Virus record (IMG/VR): IMGVR_UViG_3300009008_000004
Location: 82,004 to 146,003 of that record
Length of the DNA stretch: 64,000 nt
Source: a virus
Lineage: Duplodnaviria > Heunggongvirae > Uroviricota > Caudoviricetes
Reading direction: 5' to 3' (one strand)
Shown here: positions 32,278-41,148 of the stretch, piece after piece
Layout of the letters: each line of letters opens with the position of its first letter
How positions within the stretch are numbered: the stretch's first letter is position 1
Made by a program: the position numbers and the translations under genes
Notes under the pieces: generated by a model
Database searches by the model: none
Told to the model about the DNA's origin: nothing
Seen by the model: only the letters and a program-made list of their open reading frames with translations

Positions 32278-33388
32278 CGACCCGATACCGCTCGACGACG
32301 TTTTGGAGCAGATTGCGGCCAAGACGAAAGGAGTCAAATTCCGCCCGGCAGACGAAGTAGTCACAAGCTACAGTTTGCGCAGGAGATTCGGAATCCCTCG
32401 ACTCGACATTGGCCTACGGGGAGGAATCCCTGCGGGCACACTGAACCAACTCTTTGGGCCTGAAGGTTCAGGTAAGGATTATCTGGCCAACCGGATGATC
32501 GCAGAGGTCCAAGAAGCCTATGGCGATGAGGCTGCGATATTCATTGCCAGCTTTGGCTACAAGCTTGATAGAACAGCGATGTTGATGGCCGGGGTCCATA
32601 TGGAGCCTTCCGAAGACCTCGCAAGCCTGGGCATTACACCAGATGACCCGCAATACAAAGATCAGCTGGTGCCGAAGGGGAAGATCATCAATCTTGAGCT
32701 GAAGGAGATGACAGACGAAAAACATCCAGCAGAAGCCATCCTGGAAGCGGTCCTCGCTTGTGTAGAGTGCGGACGGTTCCAGCTTGGAATTATCAACGAG
32801 CTGCCAGCCGCGGAAACAGGGTACCATAAGCAGTCTTCTTTGCTTGATACTACCCGTCCCGCTGCGCTTGCCTCATTGATGGCGGATTTCCAGCGGAAGT
32901 TCTACAACGCCATGAAGGTGCTCCCGAACAACGAGACTACTGTTATGGTGATCAACCAGGTGCGTGCGAATATGTCGGCGACCGGTCCTTACGCTAAGAA
33001 GACAAGCGAGACCGGTGGTTTTGCGTTGAAGCACTTGAAGGCAGCGGACATCCACATCCGCCCGATTGGTACCCTCAAAGAGGGGCCCACTGTAATCGGA
33101 AAGGATATTGGGTGGAAAGTGCAGAAAGGTAAGTGCGGGCTAAGCGAGGGGGCTGAAGGCTCTTTCAACTTCCTCTACTACATGGGGGCAGACCTTATCC
33201 GCGACCTAGTTGACGCAGCAGTTGAGTACAACCTCATCCTACGGAAGGGAGCGTATTACTACTTTGGGGATCAGAGCTTCCAAGGACTAAACGGCCTACG
33301 GGAGTATCTGTCCGACAAAGACATTTACGATCAGCTGTACACCGCTGTCCTGGCAGCAGCCGGGTTGGCCAGCATACGGTACAAGTGA
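32249..33388 (+). CDS. recA: RecA/UvsX-like recombinase
   Basis: LDIGLRGGIP.G...LFGPEGSGK, VINQVR, GGFALKH, GKDIGWKVQKGK, RKGAYYYF. Confidence 0.88.
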   Translation: MVAKKKKRGSDPIPLDDVLEQIAAKTKGVKFRPADEVVTSYSLRRRFGIPRLDIGLRGGIPAGTLNQLFGPEGSGKDYLANRMIAEVQEAYGDEAAIFIASFGYKLDRTAMLMAGVHMEPSEDLASLGITPDDPQYKDQLVPKGKIINLELKEMTDEKHPAEAILEAVLACVECGRFQLGIINELPAAETGYHKQSSLLDTTRPAALASLMADFQRKFYNAMKVLPNNETTVMVINQVRANMSATGPYAKKTSETGGFALKHLKAADIHIRPIGTLKEGPTVIGKDIGWKVQKGKCGLSEGAEGSFNFLYYMGADLIRDLVDAAVEYNLILRKGAYYYFGDQSFQGLNGLREYLSDKDIYDQLYTAVLAAAGLASIRYK

Positions 33389-33825
33389 TGGGGAACGAGA
33401 GGACTCGAAGGGAACGACGGGTTGCCCGGAAGCACGGAGGTAAGGCACGTCCTGCCTCCGGTGCTTTCTGGGGATTGAAGAGGGATGTTAGGAGCGCAGG
33501 CGAATTCCTGATGGAACATAAGGATACACAGGCGAAAACCTATCGCTTCGATGTCCGGGATTTCATACTGCTGGAGAAGCAGTGTTCCGACCCTCTTCCG
33601 ATCTACCTCATCGAATTTGAAGGTCGCGGTGCGCTATACGTATTGCCGGATTGGGTAAGTGAGGAACACAGGAAGATTATCACAACGAAATATTTCTCCG
33701 TGAAGCTCGATCCAGTGGAACACCGTAATGTGCGCATCGCTTTCACAAACTCTAACAAGAAAGTCCTGGCAGTCGGCTATGACCGGTTCCAGGAAATTTG
33801 CAAGGAACTAGATGTCCGAACCTGA
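33388..33825 (+). CDS. PD-(D/E)XK Holliday-junction resolvase-like nuclease
   Basis: GKARPASGA..KRDVR...FLMEHK pattern. TGATG coupling to recA. Confidence 0.65.
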   Translation: MGNERTRRERRVARKHGGKARPASGAFWGLKRDVRSAGEFLMEHKDTQAKTYRFDVRDFILLEKQCSDPLPIYLIEFEGRGALYVLPDWVSEEHRKIITTKYFSVKLDPVEHRNVRIAFTNSNKKVLAVGYDRFQEICKELDVRT

Positions 33826-34546
33826 CAAACGAGAGTATATTGAGCCAAAGGACCCGCTCGAGCACCGTTGTCTTGGGGGAGAGCTTCCTCTCGAGAATAT
33901 TGAGTTCTCCCTCAAAGAGGAAATCGACGCCTACATGCGCGGCAAGGGATCGAAGGAAAGGAACAGCCGCGGGTGGATATACCCCTCAGGTATCGGCAAG
34001 TGCGATCGGCAAGTTGTCTACAACCTGCGGGAGGGGACACCGGGGAGAGAGACAGCCTCCCCGTTGGACCAGAAGTTGGGCGGCATTGGGCACGCCTTGC
34101 ACGATAAACTTCAAGAATGGTCGGCAGAGGCAGTGGGAGCGGAGGAGTTCGAGGCAGAGAAAGCGGTACGCTATGGACTCTATAAACTCTCGATGCGAAT
34201 CGATGGCGTTATGGCCGCTAAAGATTGGATCATCGAGTATAAGACCTTGGGCGATTCCGGGTATAAAAACCTTAGGAAGCCCCGGGAAGACGACATCTTG
34301 CAGGTGCACTGCTATATGTTTGTCCTCGATATCCCGCGGACTATCCTCTATTACTTCAATCGTAACACGGGGGAGGACTGCGAATTCAAGGTCTATTTCG
34401 ACCACAACATTTGGGAAGGGATACTGGAGAATATCGGGCGGGCGATGAAGCACGTCAAGGAGGGGACTACCCCGCCGCGGATCAAAAACAAGTTCTGGTG
34501 CTCGAAGTGTCGGTACAACGAGTACTGTATGAACGACAAAAGCTAG
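33812..34546 (+). CDS. Cas4-like PD-(D/E)XK exonuclease (Fe-S)
   Basis: YPSGIGKCDR, GHALH, RIDG, IEYKT, QVHCYM, C-terminal CSKCRYNEYC. Confidence 0.85.
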   Translation: MSEPDKREYIEPKDPLEHRCLGGELPLENIEFSLKEEIDAYMRGKGSKERNSRGWIYPSGIGKCDRQVVYNLREGTPGRETASPLDQKLGGIGHALHDKLQEWSAEAVGAEEFEAEKAVRYGLYKLSMRIDGVMAAKDWIIEYKTLGDSGYKNLRKPREDDILQVHCYMFVLDIPRTILYYFNRNTGEDCEFKVYFDHNIWEGILENIGRAMKHVKEGTTPPRIKNKFWCSKCRYNEYCMNDKS

Positions 34547-34549
34547 GAG

Positions 34550-35116
34550 GTGGCGATGCCGAAAGACATGGATCCCGCCGTTATTGACGAGATGCTCGCT
34601 GAGCTTGAGGCGAAGATTCAGGCCTACAATGATGTACCTGGGTCCGTAACCAAAGTTCTCGAGACCCTTGGCTTGTCCATCGTACCCACTGAGAAGGTCC
34701 CGGAACCAGTACTGCCCGAGGATATCTCAGCGCTTTCGATGGGAGAGCTGAACCGTCTGTATGATGCGTGTGTAATGCGCTACGATTACATCATCCGTCG
34801 GCTGGCAAAAGAAGAAGGGAACCTTGCAGCAGTAGTTAGGCTGCGGAAGCTGGTGGAAGCTGCTTTGTACTTCAAGTACAAGGGGCACCCCGGCCTTCCC
34901 ACTGCGAAAGACAGGGATAATGCAGTTGTCCTTGACTGGCAGTTCATAAAGGTAGATGCGCAGCATTGCCACTTCTCGAGCCTCGTCGATTCGTTGAACC
35001 TGAAGAAGTCCTCGATTGGGCAATCCAGGGATCGGGTGTACAGAGAAATTAATCGCAGAACGCGCAAGGAAGGACACTTTTCCTCTCCGAAGCAAAGCCT
35101 GCTCAGGGGGGATTAG
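34550..35116 (+). CDS. Helical hypothetical protein (possible UvsY-like recombination mediator)
   Basis: 188-aa coiled-coil with AGGAGG SD, inside the recombination cluster. The function is inferred from shape and context only. Confidence 0.5.
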   Translation: MAMPKDMDPAVIDEMLAELEAKIQAYNDVPGSVTKVLETLGLSIVPTEKVPEPVLPEDISALSMGELNRLYDACVMRYDYIIRRLAKEEGNLAAVVRLRKLVEAALYFKYKGHPGLPTAKDRDNAVVLDWQFIKVDAQHCHFSSLVDSLNLKKSSIGQSRDRVYREINRRTRKEGHFSSPKQSLLRGD

Positions 35117-35118
35117 TT

Positions 35119-35547
35119 ATGCTCTGGAAGGCAACCATCCCGCTTGTTTCCCAAGACCTGGGCGCAGTATCTGTAAACAGGTTGTATATCACAAGGAAGC
35201 AGGATGGGCGTAAAGCACTCAGCAAGGTTGGGCGAGCTTTCCAAAAAGAAGTTGTAGCAGGGCTACTCCACGCCTGGGGCTTACGAGAGACCCCAGACCC
35301 AAATGCGGAATACCGATTAGTGCTCGAGTTCTATCTGCCGGCCGTCTTCTCAAAAGGTTGGCCGAAGACCGCGAAGTTCCGGTTCCGCCGGATTGACCAG
35401 TCGAACCTGATTAAGTTCTTCCAGGACTGTATTGTTGCTGCATCGGGAGTGGATGATGCAAACCATACAATGCTGCTGGTGACAAAGCGGGAAGACGCAG
35501 AAAACCCAAGACTCGAGGTTCAGTTGGAGGTGTGGGAGTGGCTCTAA
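35119..35547 (+). CDS. rusA: RusA-family Holliday-junction resolvase
   Basis: SVNRLY...DQSNLIKFFQDC...GVDD catalytic pattern, ending PRLEVQL. Confidence 0.8.
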   Translation: MLWKATIPLVSQDLGAVSVNRLYITRKQDGRKALSKVGRAFQKEVVAGLLHAWGLRETPDPNAEYRLVLEFYLPAVFSKGWPKTAKFRFRRIDQSNLIKFFQDCIVAASGVDDANHTMLLVTKREDAENPRLEVQLEVWEWL

Positions 35548-35846
35548 AATTCATCAGCCATGGGGAGATGGTAACCACGGCGAAAAATGAAGGATACGCA
35601 GTTGATGACTCAGTGCCAACAGATCTCCTCCGAGAAATTCTCGGTGGAATATTAATTGATCCCGGTGTCCCAACTCCATTCCGGAATGCCGCGGTAGAAA
35701 TGCAGGCCTTTGTTCAACAATACCGTCACCAACTCAACCTGGAGTGCGCTGGTATATGTGTCGCGTGCGCAGAGGTCGTAATGGCCACATGCTACGAGCA
35801 ACTCCCACTGGTAAGGAAGGAAATAGATGAAGAGAATTTCAAATAA
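35538..35846 (+). CDS. Small Cys-motif protein (Cx3Cx2C...C)
   Basis: 102 aa from GTG 35538 (GGAGG SD 7 nt upstream). LECAGICVACAEVVMATC. Confidence 0.6.
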   Translation: MALKFISHGEMVTTAKNEGYAVDDSVPTDLLREILGGILIDPGVPTPFRNAAVEMQAFVQQYRHQLNLECAGICVACAEVVMATCYEQLPLVRKEIDEENFK

Positions 35847-36657
35847 AGTTCTTGAGGAACTGAGCCACTTTGAGATGCGGATCTTGCTTGCACACAAGGT
35901 AGAGCTCGACCCAACCGCTGTAATGGCCCTGACGGAGACCAAGACGCTCATAGCAGCTATCGGAGAACATCAGGAGAAACTTTTGGACGGTGACTATACC
36001 ACCGGCAAGTATTGGGAACGGCTGCCCGAGGATCTCGTCCCATTCCTTGAAATGTGGGAGCGTTACGCAAATGGGGAGATCAAGACCGTGCCACCAAGAG
36101 GCACCCTTTCCGAGGCGGAGATCGTACTCACCAAGAAGGGAGAGAAGCTGGCTGCTAAGAGTAAAGAGGCGGAAGAGCCTGCTCCCGAAGAACCCGTAAA
36201 GGAGGAACCTGTAAAGGAGGAGCCTGTGGAAGAAGTTGCGGAGGAGCCCGCAGAAGAGCCTGTGGTGGAGGAACCTGTGGCGGAGAAACCTGCGGCCGAG
36301 CCGCCCAAGACCCGGAGGCTGCGGACCAAGCGGCTGGGCAAGAAGAAGGCCGACGCGCCGGCGGAAGCGCCTGCAGTAGGAGCTGATACCGCCGCAATCA
36401 TCGGCGTGCTCAAGGAATTGGCGGTAGACCTGGGTAATACCCAGAAGCAGGTATCTTCAGTCCAGAACGATCTCGTCGCGATGACAGGGGTAATGAAGAA
36501 TATCGAGCTGCTCCCGAAACTCGTACAGAGAATCGCGGATATGGAGACCGTTTTGCTCTACATCTGCAACGAAAGTGTCATCGACTACGATGAAGATGAG
36601 GATCCCGTCGCGAATTACGCTGAGTTGGTAGAGATTGCCAACACCGGCACCAAGTAG
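35827..36657 (+). CDS. Hypothetical protein with Glu/Pro-rich linker
   Basis: 276 aa. Globular N-domain, EEP repeats, basic patch, coiled-coil C-domain. Confidence 0.75.
   Translation: MKRISNKVLEELSHFEMRILLAHKVELDPTAVMALTETKTLIAAIGEHQEKLLDGDYTTGKYWERLPEDLVPFLEMWERYANGEIKTVPPRGTLSEAEIVLTKKGEKLAAKSKEAEEPAPEEPVKEEPVKEEPVEEVAEEPAEEPVVEEPVAEKPAAEPPKTRRLRTKRLGKKKADAPAEAPAVGADTAAIIGVLKELAVDLGNTQKQVSSVQNDLVAMTGVMKNIELLPKLVQRIADMETVLLYICNESVIDYDEDEDPVANYAELVEIANTGTK
36170..36305 (+). repeat. EEP(V/A) coding repeats
   Basis: EEPAPEEPVKEEPVKEEPVEEVAEEPAEEPVVEEPVAEKP. Confidence 0.85.
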
Positions 36658-36662
36658 TACTT

Positions 36663-36688
36663 AGGGGGGCGTTCGCCCCCCTTCTTTA
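36663..36688 (+). terminator. Intrinsic terminator ending the replication operon
   Basis: AGGGGGGC-GTTC-GCCCCCCT followed by TCTTT, at the +/- convergence point. Confidence 0.85.
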
Positions 36689-36692
36689 CCTC

Positions 36693-39600
36693 TTAGTAAA
36701 CCGTATTGCTCGCTACCGTACCCGGGGCCAGGATACCACCACCTGCGCCGCCTGTAGTGTCGTATGTAGTATTCCCCACGACAGTACAGCTGACTTCGGC
36801 ACCAGCACCGGTAATGGAAAGGTGATGTGGGGCCGCAGCATTCTGTGGCCCGCAGAAAGTGTTGCCTGTGAAAGTAAGGGCCTGAATAGTGTCCCCCAGA
36901 GCTGTTGTAGCATCCACAAGATCTACACCACCAGCAGCAACCGCAGAGCTGATGAACACATTCCCAGTAAACGAGCTCCAAGCGATGTTAGTACCAAGGC
37001 TCACACAACCAGCATCCGCCGTCTCGAAAGTATTGCCTGTCATCGTCCAGTACCGATGGGTAGCCGGCGCAACAAGGGCAAAAGTGCTAAAGCAGAATCC
37101 CGCGGCCACCTGCACGCTATTATTTGTGATGGTGACGTTGGTGGAATCGGCTGTACAGAATAGAGCAGCGGAACAAGTGCTCCCCTCAATTGTATTGCCG
37201 GAAATCAGCATGGGATCCGCATTGGATGCGCCCACGAAAGAGATGAGCATTCCTACCGCAAAATCCCAATCTTGGATGGTGTTATTCAAGCATTTCCCGC
37301 CATCCGCGGTAAACGCAATTGCAGACCCGCCGTTAGCTATAAGGGAGGAAAATGTACTTTCCTTCACTACGCATTTCTCGCCCCCAATCTGGAACCCGTT
37401 TCCACTAGGCGTTTTGGTGGCGGCAACGTTGTGTATCCCCGGCCCAACAATCCCATAGTCCGCCTGCGGTGTCAGGATGCAAAATGCAGTGCCGTCATAG
37501 TCAGTAATCGCAACATCCTTAATGCGCGGATAAGGTTGGTTCGAGTAAATAGCGGGCCCTATCGGACCTACAATTGTGCACGCAGTGTTATTGATCTCAC
37601 AGCCATCGCCTACTACCAGATACTCGACATCCCCATAGACCGCTGTTACCGCGACATCATAGATGTGCGTAGAGAGGACTTGGGCATGGTCCGCGTGCGC
37701 TCCCGTAAGGTACACGCCGTAACCAAAGGCATCCCCCGCAACAGTACTCTCGCAATGTAGGTGGCAGTTGCGGACCTTCCGGAAAGCTTTTGAGTATGTG
37801 GTAGCGATCGCATCATCCAAACGGATGTTGATCGCCGCCTGAGTAGCAGCATTAGCCCTAGCCCGGAAACGGAAATCATTGATATCCCAAGACCCAAGAC
37901 CGACTACACCCGCAGTAACACCGTCGATGTTAATTCCATGTTCCGTGGATTCCCAGCTTACGTTGGTAACCTCAAGCCTACCAAGATTCTGGTTGTTGCC
38001 CCCAGAGGTAATCTGCAGCAAATGGGCGGGATACCCAGAAACTGCAGCGAAGGTTATGTTCTCCAAGATCAGCTGTGCCGTTGTCGAGTGGGCCGTCAAC
38101 GGGCTCATGAGGATAGCAGCATGGCCGGCAGAAGCCGTATCATCATGAGCAATAACTACGTTCTTCAGAGTCAACGAGGTAACATCACCGTCAACAATAA
38201 AGATATCCGTAACTCCCGTGGGGGCCCAGGTAAGAGTATGCCCATCTCCGTCAATGACCAAAGAATCAAGCTGCGTAATAGTTGTGGCAGCCGTAACCAC
38301 CACGGAGGAAGTCAGGCGAATAGTAGCTTCAAAATTGTAATCCGAATCCCCAGTACCACCGGCTGTAACAAAAGTGAGCAAGTTCTGTACGAAGCCTACG
38401 GCGGACTCAATGGTCGAAAAGTTCGCCGACTCACCAGAGCCTACAGTCAATGCAAGGGCATGATCAAATTTCCCAAAAACGCGGGCCGGCTGGACATCAA
38501 GTACGTTTCCGCCGGCAGTTGTAAACCACCCAAGCAGGACATCCCCGCCCACAGGATACGGGGACGCCCCAGCAGGATCCCCAAGATCCGAGAATAGGAT
38601 ATTAGCCGGTGTATCAGTCGCCGCAACCGCCCCCGTTGCTGCAACATAATAGAGGAAGTACGTGGTGTTCAGGCCTGCCCAACCACCACCACTTGTAATA
38701 AGCGGGGAGGCCGCGGAAATCTGCGCAGTTACACCAGCTGTAGAAACAAAGAAATCATTCGCAGCGTCAATGTCGGGGCTTGCACCCGGGGTAGAAAACC
38801 CGGGATCACTAAGCAGCCGACCGGCATTCGTCAACTCGTTCCCTGTCTGCTGCTCAATGATATTACGCTGGATACTTACACTTGCAGATCTGTAAGCATC
38901 AAAAGGTGCTACCTTTTCAGTGGCCGCGGGGGCTACAGCGTTGTACGTCCAACCATCTTCGTTGGTCCATGCTACCGGAGCACCCGAAGCATTGTAGACT
39001 GCTACCTGCGGCTCATCCCACAGATCAGCATTGTGGGCTGTAACACGCACCTTCTTGTCGGAATTGGTTCCCGGCTGGCTAATCTCCCCAAGGGATGCAC
39101 GGGCGTTCAGGTGCTCCATCTGCGGAGTACTGCTAACCGCAAATGCCGACTCACTCAAGTAACGGTACATATCTTCAGTAGCCGCGTGGACACCGATATT
39201 CAATCGGTATAAATCTGTGGCAGCGCCACCATCCAACGCTGCGGCGAAGTTAACGGCTACCGTGTGGCCGGCCGTACCAATCGGTACAAACCCCGGGGGA
39301 CAATAGAAGTCAAAACCAGTCGAAGCGGCAGCAACGGAGGTATCAAAGACAATCGGTTCGCCCACATCTTCTATGGCACGAGCAGTAAAGTCCACCTGAC
39401 ACGTCTCACCAGATGCGGCATTAGTAAGAACATCATTATCAGCCAGAGCGTAGATATTGTTTACCTGCCCAGTGGTCCAAGGAACACCAGTCCAGGGGTG
39501 GACCCAAAGGTATCCCTCGCCACTACCTGCGTCGTAGTCATAGTCAAAGACATAGAAGTACTGTCCTGCCGCTGTCTGGAAGACATGGCCGGTGTAAGGA

Positions 39601-40397
39601 CCGCCTACCCACGGAGCAGGAACAAAAGTGTCGATGGGTATCTTCTTAGCCGCAGTCTTCATAAGGACTGCCTTACGTCCTGTACCATCGATCTCAACAA
39701 TCTGATACCAGCCCGGATTTACAGTGCCCGAGATTTTGACATAAGCTCCGGGGTAAACATCCATTGCCGAAAAGGCTCCAAGGCCTGAAATACCATCCCG
39801 CTCAAAGACATTGGCTCCCGCGCCAGGACTGAGAGTACCGAAAAGGTGCGCAAGGGGGGCTACCTCAGTAGGCTGCGTAAGCGCAAGTGTCAGAGTAGAG
39901 TTCGCATTGAACATCGCACCCGCGTCATAGGTAACGCCTGCGGCAGCGAGCTGTTGCCGAACCTTAGCTCCTGCACGATAGGTATGCGCCGGCCCATGTG
40001 TAACAGAGAACGGCTGTCCCATAACCTGGTCCAGGAACAGTCCCACATTCACATAAAGGGGGCCAATAGTTGCACCAACCGCTGTCGCAATATCGAGGTT
40101 AGCCGCAGCACCACCTGTAAGGTCGAGCCCCGAAAGGATAGTCGAGTCGAACGTGCAGGGGACTGCATTGTAGAACGAGTTGATCATCTGATGCATATCG
40201 TTCTGACCAGATACCCCAGCAAGAGCCCGGTTGAAGGCAGAGGAGGTAGCAGACTCTCCGTACCCCATAAACTTCGTACCGGTTGGCTGCGCTGTACCGG
40301 GCAGGTACCCGCCAACCCGGTTAGCAGGGGTTGCCCCACTCAAATTCTCCGGGGTGTTCCCTACAAGTTTTCCTGTTGTGTCATAGTTCCTGGGCAT
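36693..40397 (-). CDS. Tail fibre/spike with C-terminal right-handed beta-helix (receptor-binding or depolymerase candidate)
   Basis: 1234 aa, Thr/Gly/Ala/Asn-rich. N-terminal anchor motif (FNRALAGVSGQ). Pectate-lyase-like I.GN.F repeats in the last ~450 aa. Confidence 0.75.
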   Translation of the reverse strand: MPRNYDTTGKLVGNTPENLSGATPANRVGGYLPGTAQPTGTKFMGYGESATSSAFNRALAGVSGQNDMHQMINSFYNAVPCTFDSTILSGLDLTGGAAANLDIATAVGATIGPLYVNVGLFLDQVMGQPFSVTHGPAHTYRAGAKVRQQLAAAGVTYDAGAMFNANSTLTLALTQPTEVAPLAHLFGTLSPGAGANVFERDGISGLGAFSAMDVYPGAYVKISGTVNPGWYQIVEIDGTGRKAVLMKTAAKKIPIDTFVPAPWVGGPYTGHVFQTAAGQYFYVFDYDYDAGSGEGYLWVHPWTGVPWTTGQVNNIYALADNDVLTNAASGETCQVDFTARAIEDVGEPIVFDTSVAAASTGFDFYCPPGFVPIGTAGHTVAVNFAAALDGGAATDLYRLNIGVHAATEDMYRYLSESAFAVSSTPQMEHLNARASLGEISQPGTNSDKKVRVTAHNADLWDEPQVAVYNASGAPVAWTNEDGWTYNAVAPAATEKVAPFDAYRSASVSIQRNIIEQQTGNELTNAGRLLSDPGFSTPGASPDIDAANDFFVSTAGVTAQISAASPLITSGGGWAGLNTTYFLYYVAATGAVAATDTPANILFSDLGDPAGASPYPVGGDVLLGWFTTAGGNVLDVQPARVFGKFDHALALTVGSGESANFSTIESAVGFVQNLLTFVTAGGTGDSDYNFEATIRLTSSVVVTAATTITQLDSLVIDGDGHTLTWAPTGVTDIFIVDGDVTSLTLKNVVIAHDDTASAGHAAILMSPLTAHSTTAQLILENITFAAVSGYPAHLLQITSGGNNQNLGRLEVTNVSWESTEHGINIDGVTAGVVGLGSWDINDFRFRARANAATQAAINIRLDDAIATTYSKAFRKVRNCHLHCESTVAGDAFGYGVYLTGAHADHAQVLSTHIYDVAVTAVYGDVEYLVVGDGCEINNTACTIVGPIGPAIYSNQPYPRIKDVAITDYDGTAFCILTPQADYGIVGPGIHNVAATKTPSGNGFQIGGEKCVVKESTFSSLIANGGSAIAFTADGGKCLNNTIQDWDFAVGMLISFVGASNADPMLISGNTIEGSTCSAALFCTADSTNVTITNNSVQVAAGFCFSTFALVAPATHRYWTMTGNTFETADAGCVSLGTNIAWSSFTGNVFISSAVAAGGVDLVDATTALGDTIQALTFTGNTFCGPQNAAAPHHLSITGAGAEVSCTVVGNTTYDTTGGAGGGILAPGTVASNTVY

Positions 40398-40407
40398 CTA
40401 AAGCCTC

Positions 40408-41130
40408 CTACTTGAATGTGATCTCCCAGATCACCTCGAGTTCTACGTTGGGGGTCTTCACTATCGGGGACATCAAACCATACGCAATCATCCCCGGCAC
40501 ATCTCCCGTATGCGTACCAATATCAGGAGACAAGAAGGGGTCGGCGGCGGACGTAAACAAAGCCACCTCCGACACCGGCACCGAAGTCCCGTAACTATTC
40601 TTTGCGTGGACAAAAGAGACATCTGTTTCCGCGAAGAGCGCATGGAACACGATAGTCCCATCATCGGGAAAATCAGTAGGGTACGCCTGAGGCAACACCT
40701 GCTTCATCCATTCTTCCCCGGTGCTGAGCGTAGATGTCTTCACAATCGAAGGAGCTTCAAGGCCCGCGATTGAGGGAAGCTCTGTGTAACCGCCGGGAGT
40801 CCCAATAGTCTGGAGAACTCCGCCAGTACCAACACCTACCCATCGCACACGGTAGGTACGAGCAGCACCGGTGTCCCATGAGGTATCGATGGCGTAGTCC
40901 GTACCCGCCCCGTCATCTGTGGGAAGGTCCGTATCCCGCATCCCAGCAACTGTAGCACTTGGGGGAACTACCGGTGGGTATGCAGCAGCGCCAATGAGTT
41001 TCGACAGCCAGATACGACCATTGTAGGTGAAAACGTTATGCTTCTTCCGCTCGTCAACAACCTTATCCCCCTTCTTCAACCGAAGGTAAAGGTTGTCTTG
41101 GATGCGAAGTCCTTCTCTTTCGTAGAGCAT
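40408..41130 (-). CDS. Baseplate/tail-fibre attachment protein
   Basis: 240 aa. HNVFT..GR.WL...IG, VGVGTGG, VSEVALF, ELEVIWEITF pattern, typical of myophage fibre-collar proteins. Confidence 0.65.
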   Translation of the reverse strand: MLYEREGLRIQDNLYLRLKKGDKVVDERKKHNVFTYNGRIWLSKLIGAAAYPPVVPPSATVAGMRDTDLPTDDGAGTDYAIDTSWDTGAARTYRVRWVGVGTGGVLQTIGTPGGYTELPSIAGLEAPSIVKTSTLSTGEEWMKQVLPQAYPTDFPDDGTIVFHALFAETDVSFVHAKNSYGTSVPVSEVALFTSAADPFLSPDIGTHTGDVPGMIAYGLMSPIVKTPNVELEVIWEITFK

Positions 41131-41148
41131 GCTACCCCCTTGCGGTGC

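Noticed and set aside
33812-34546. Cas4-like gene as evidence for a CRISPR-Cas locus
   Set aside because: No repeat-spacer array or other cas genes are present. Solo Cas4-like nucleases are common in phage recombination modules.
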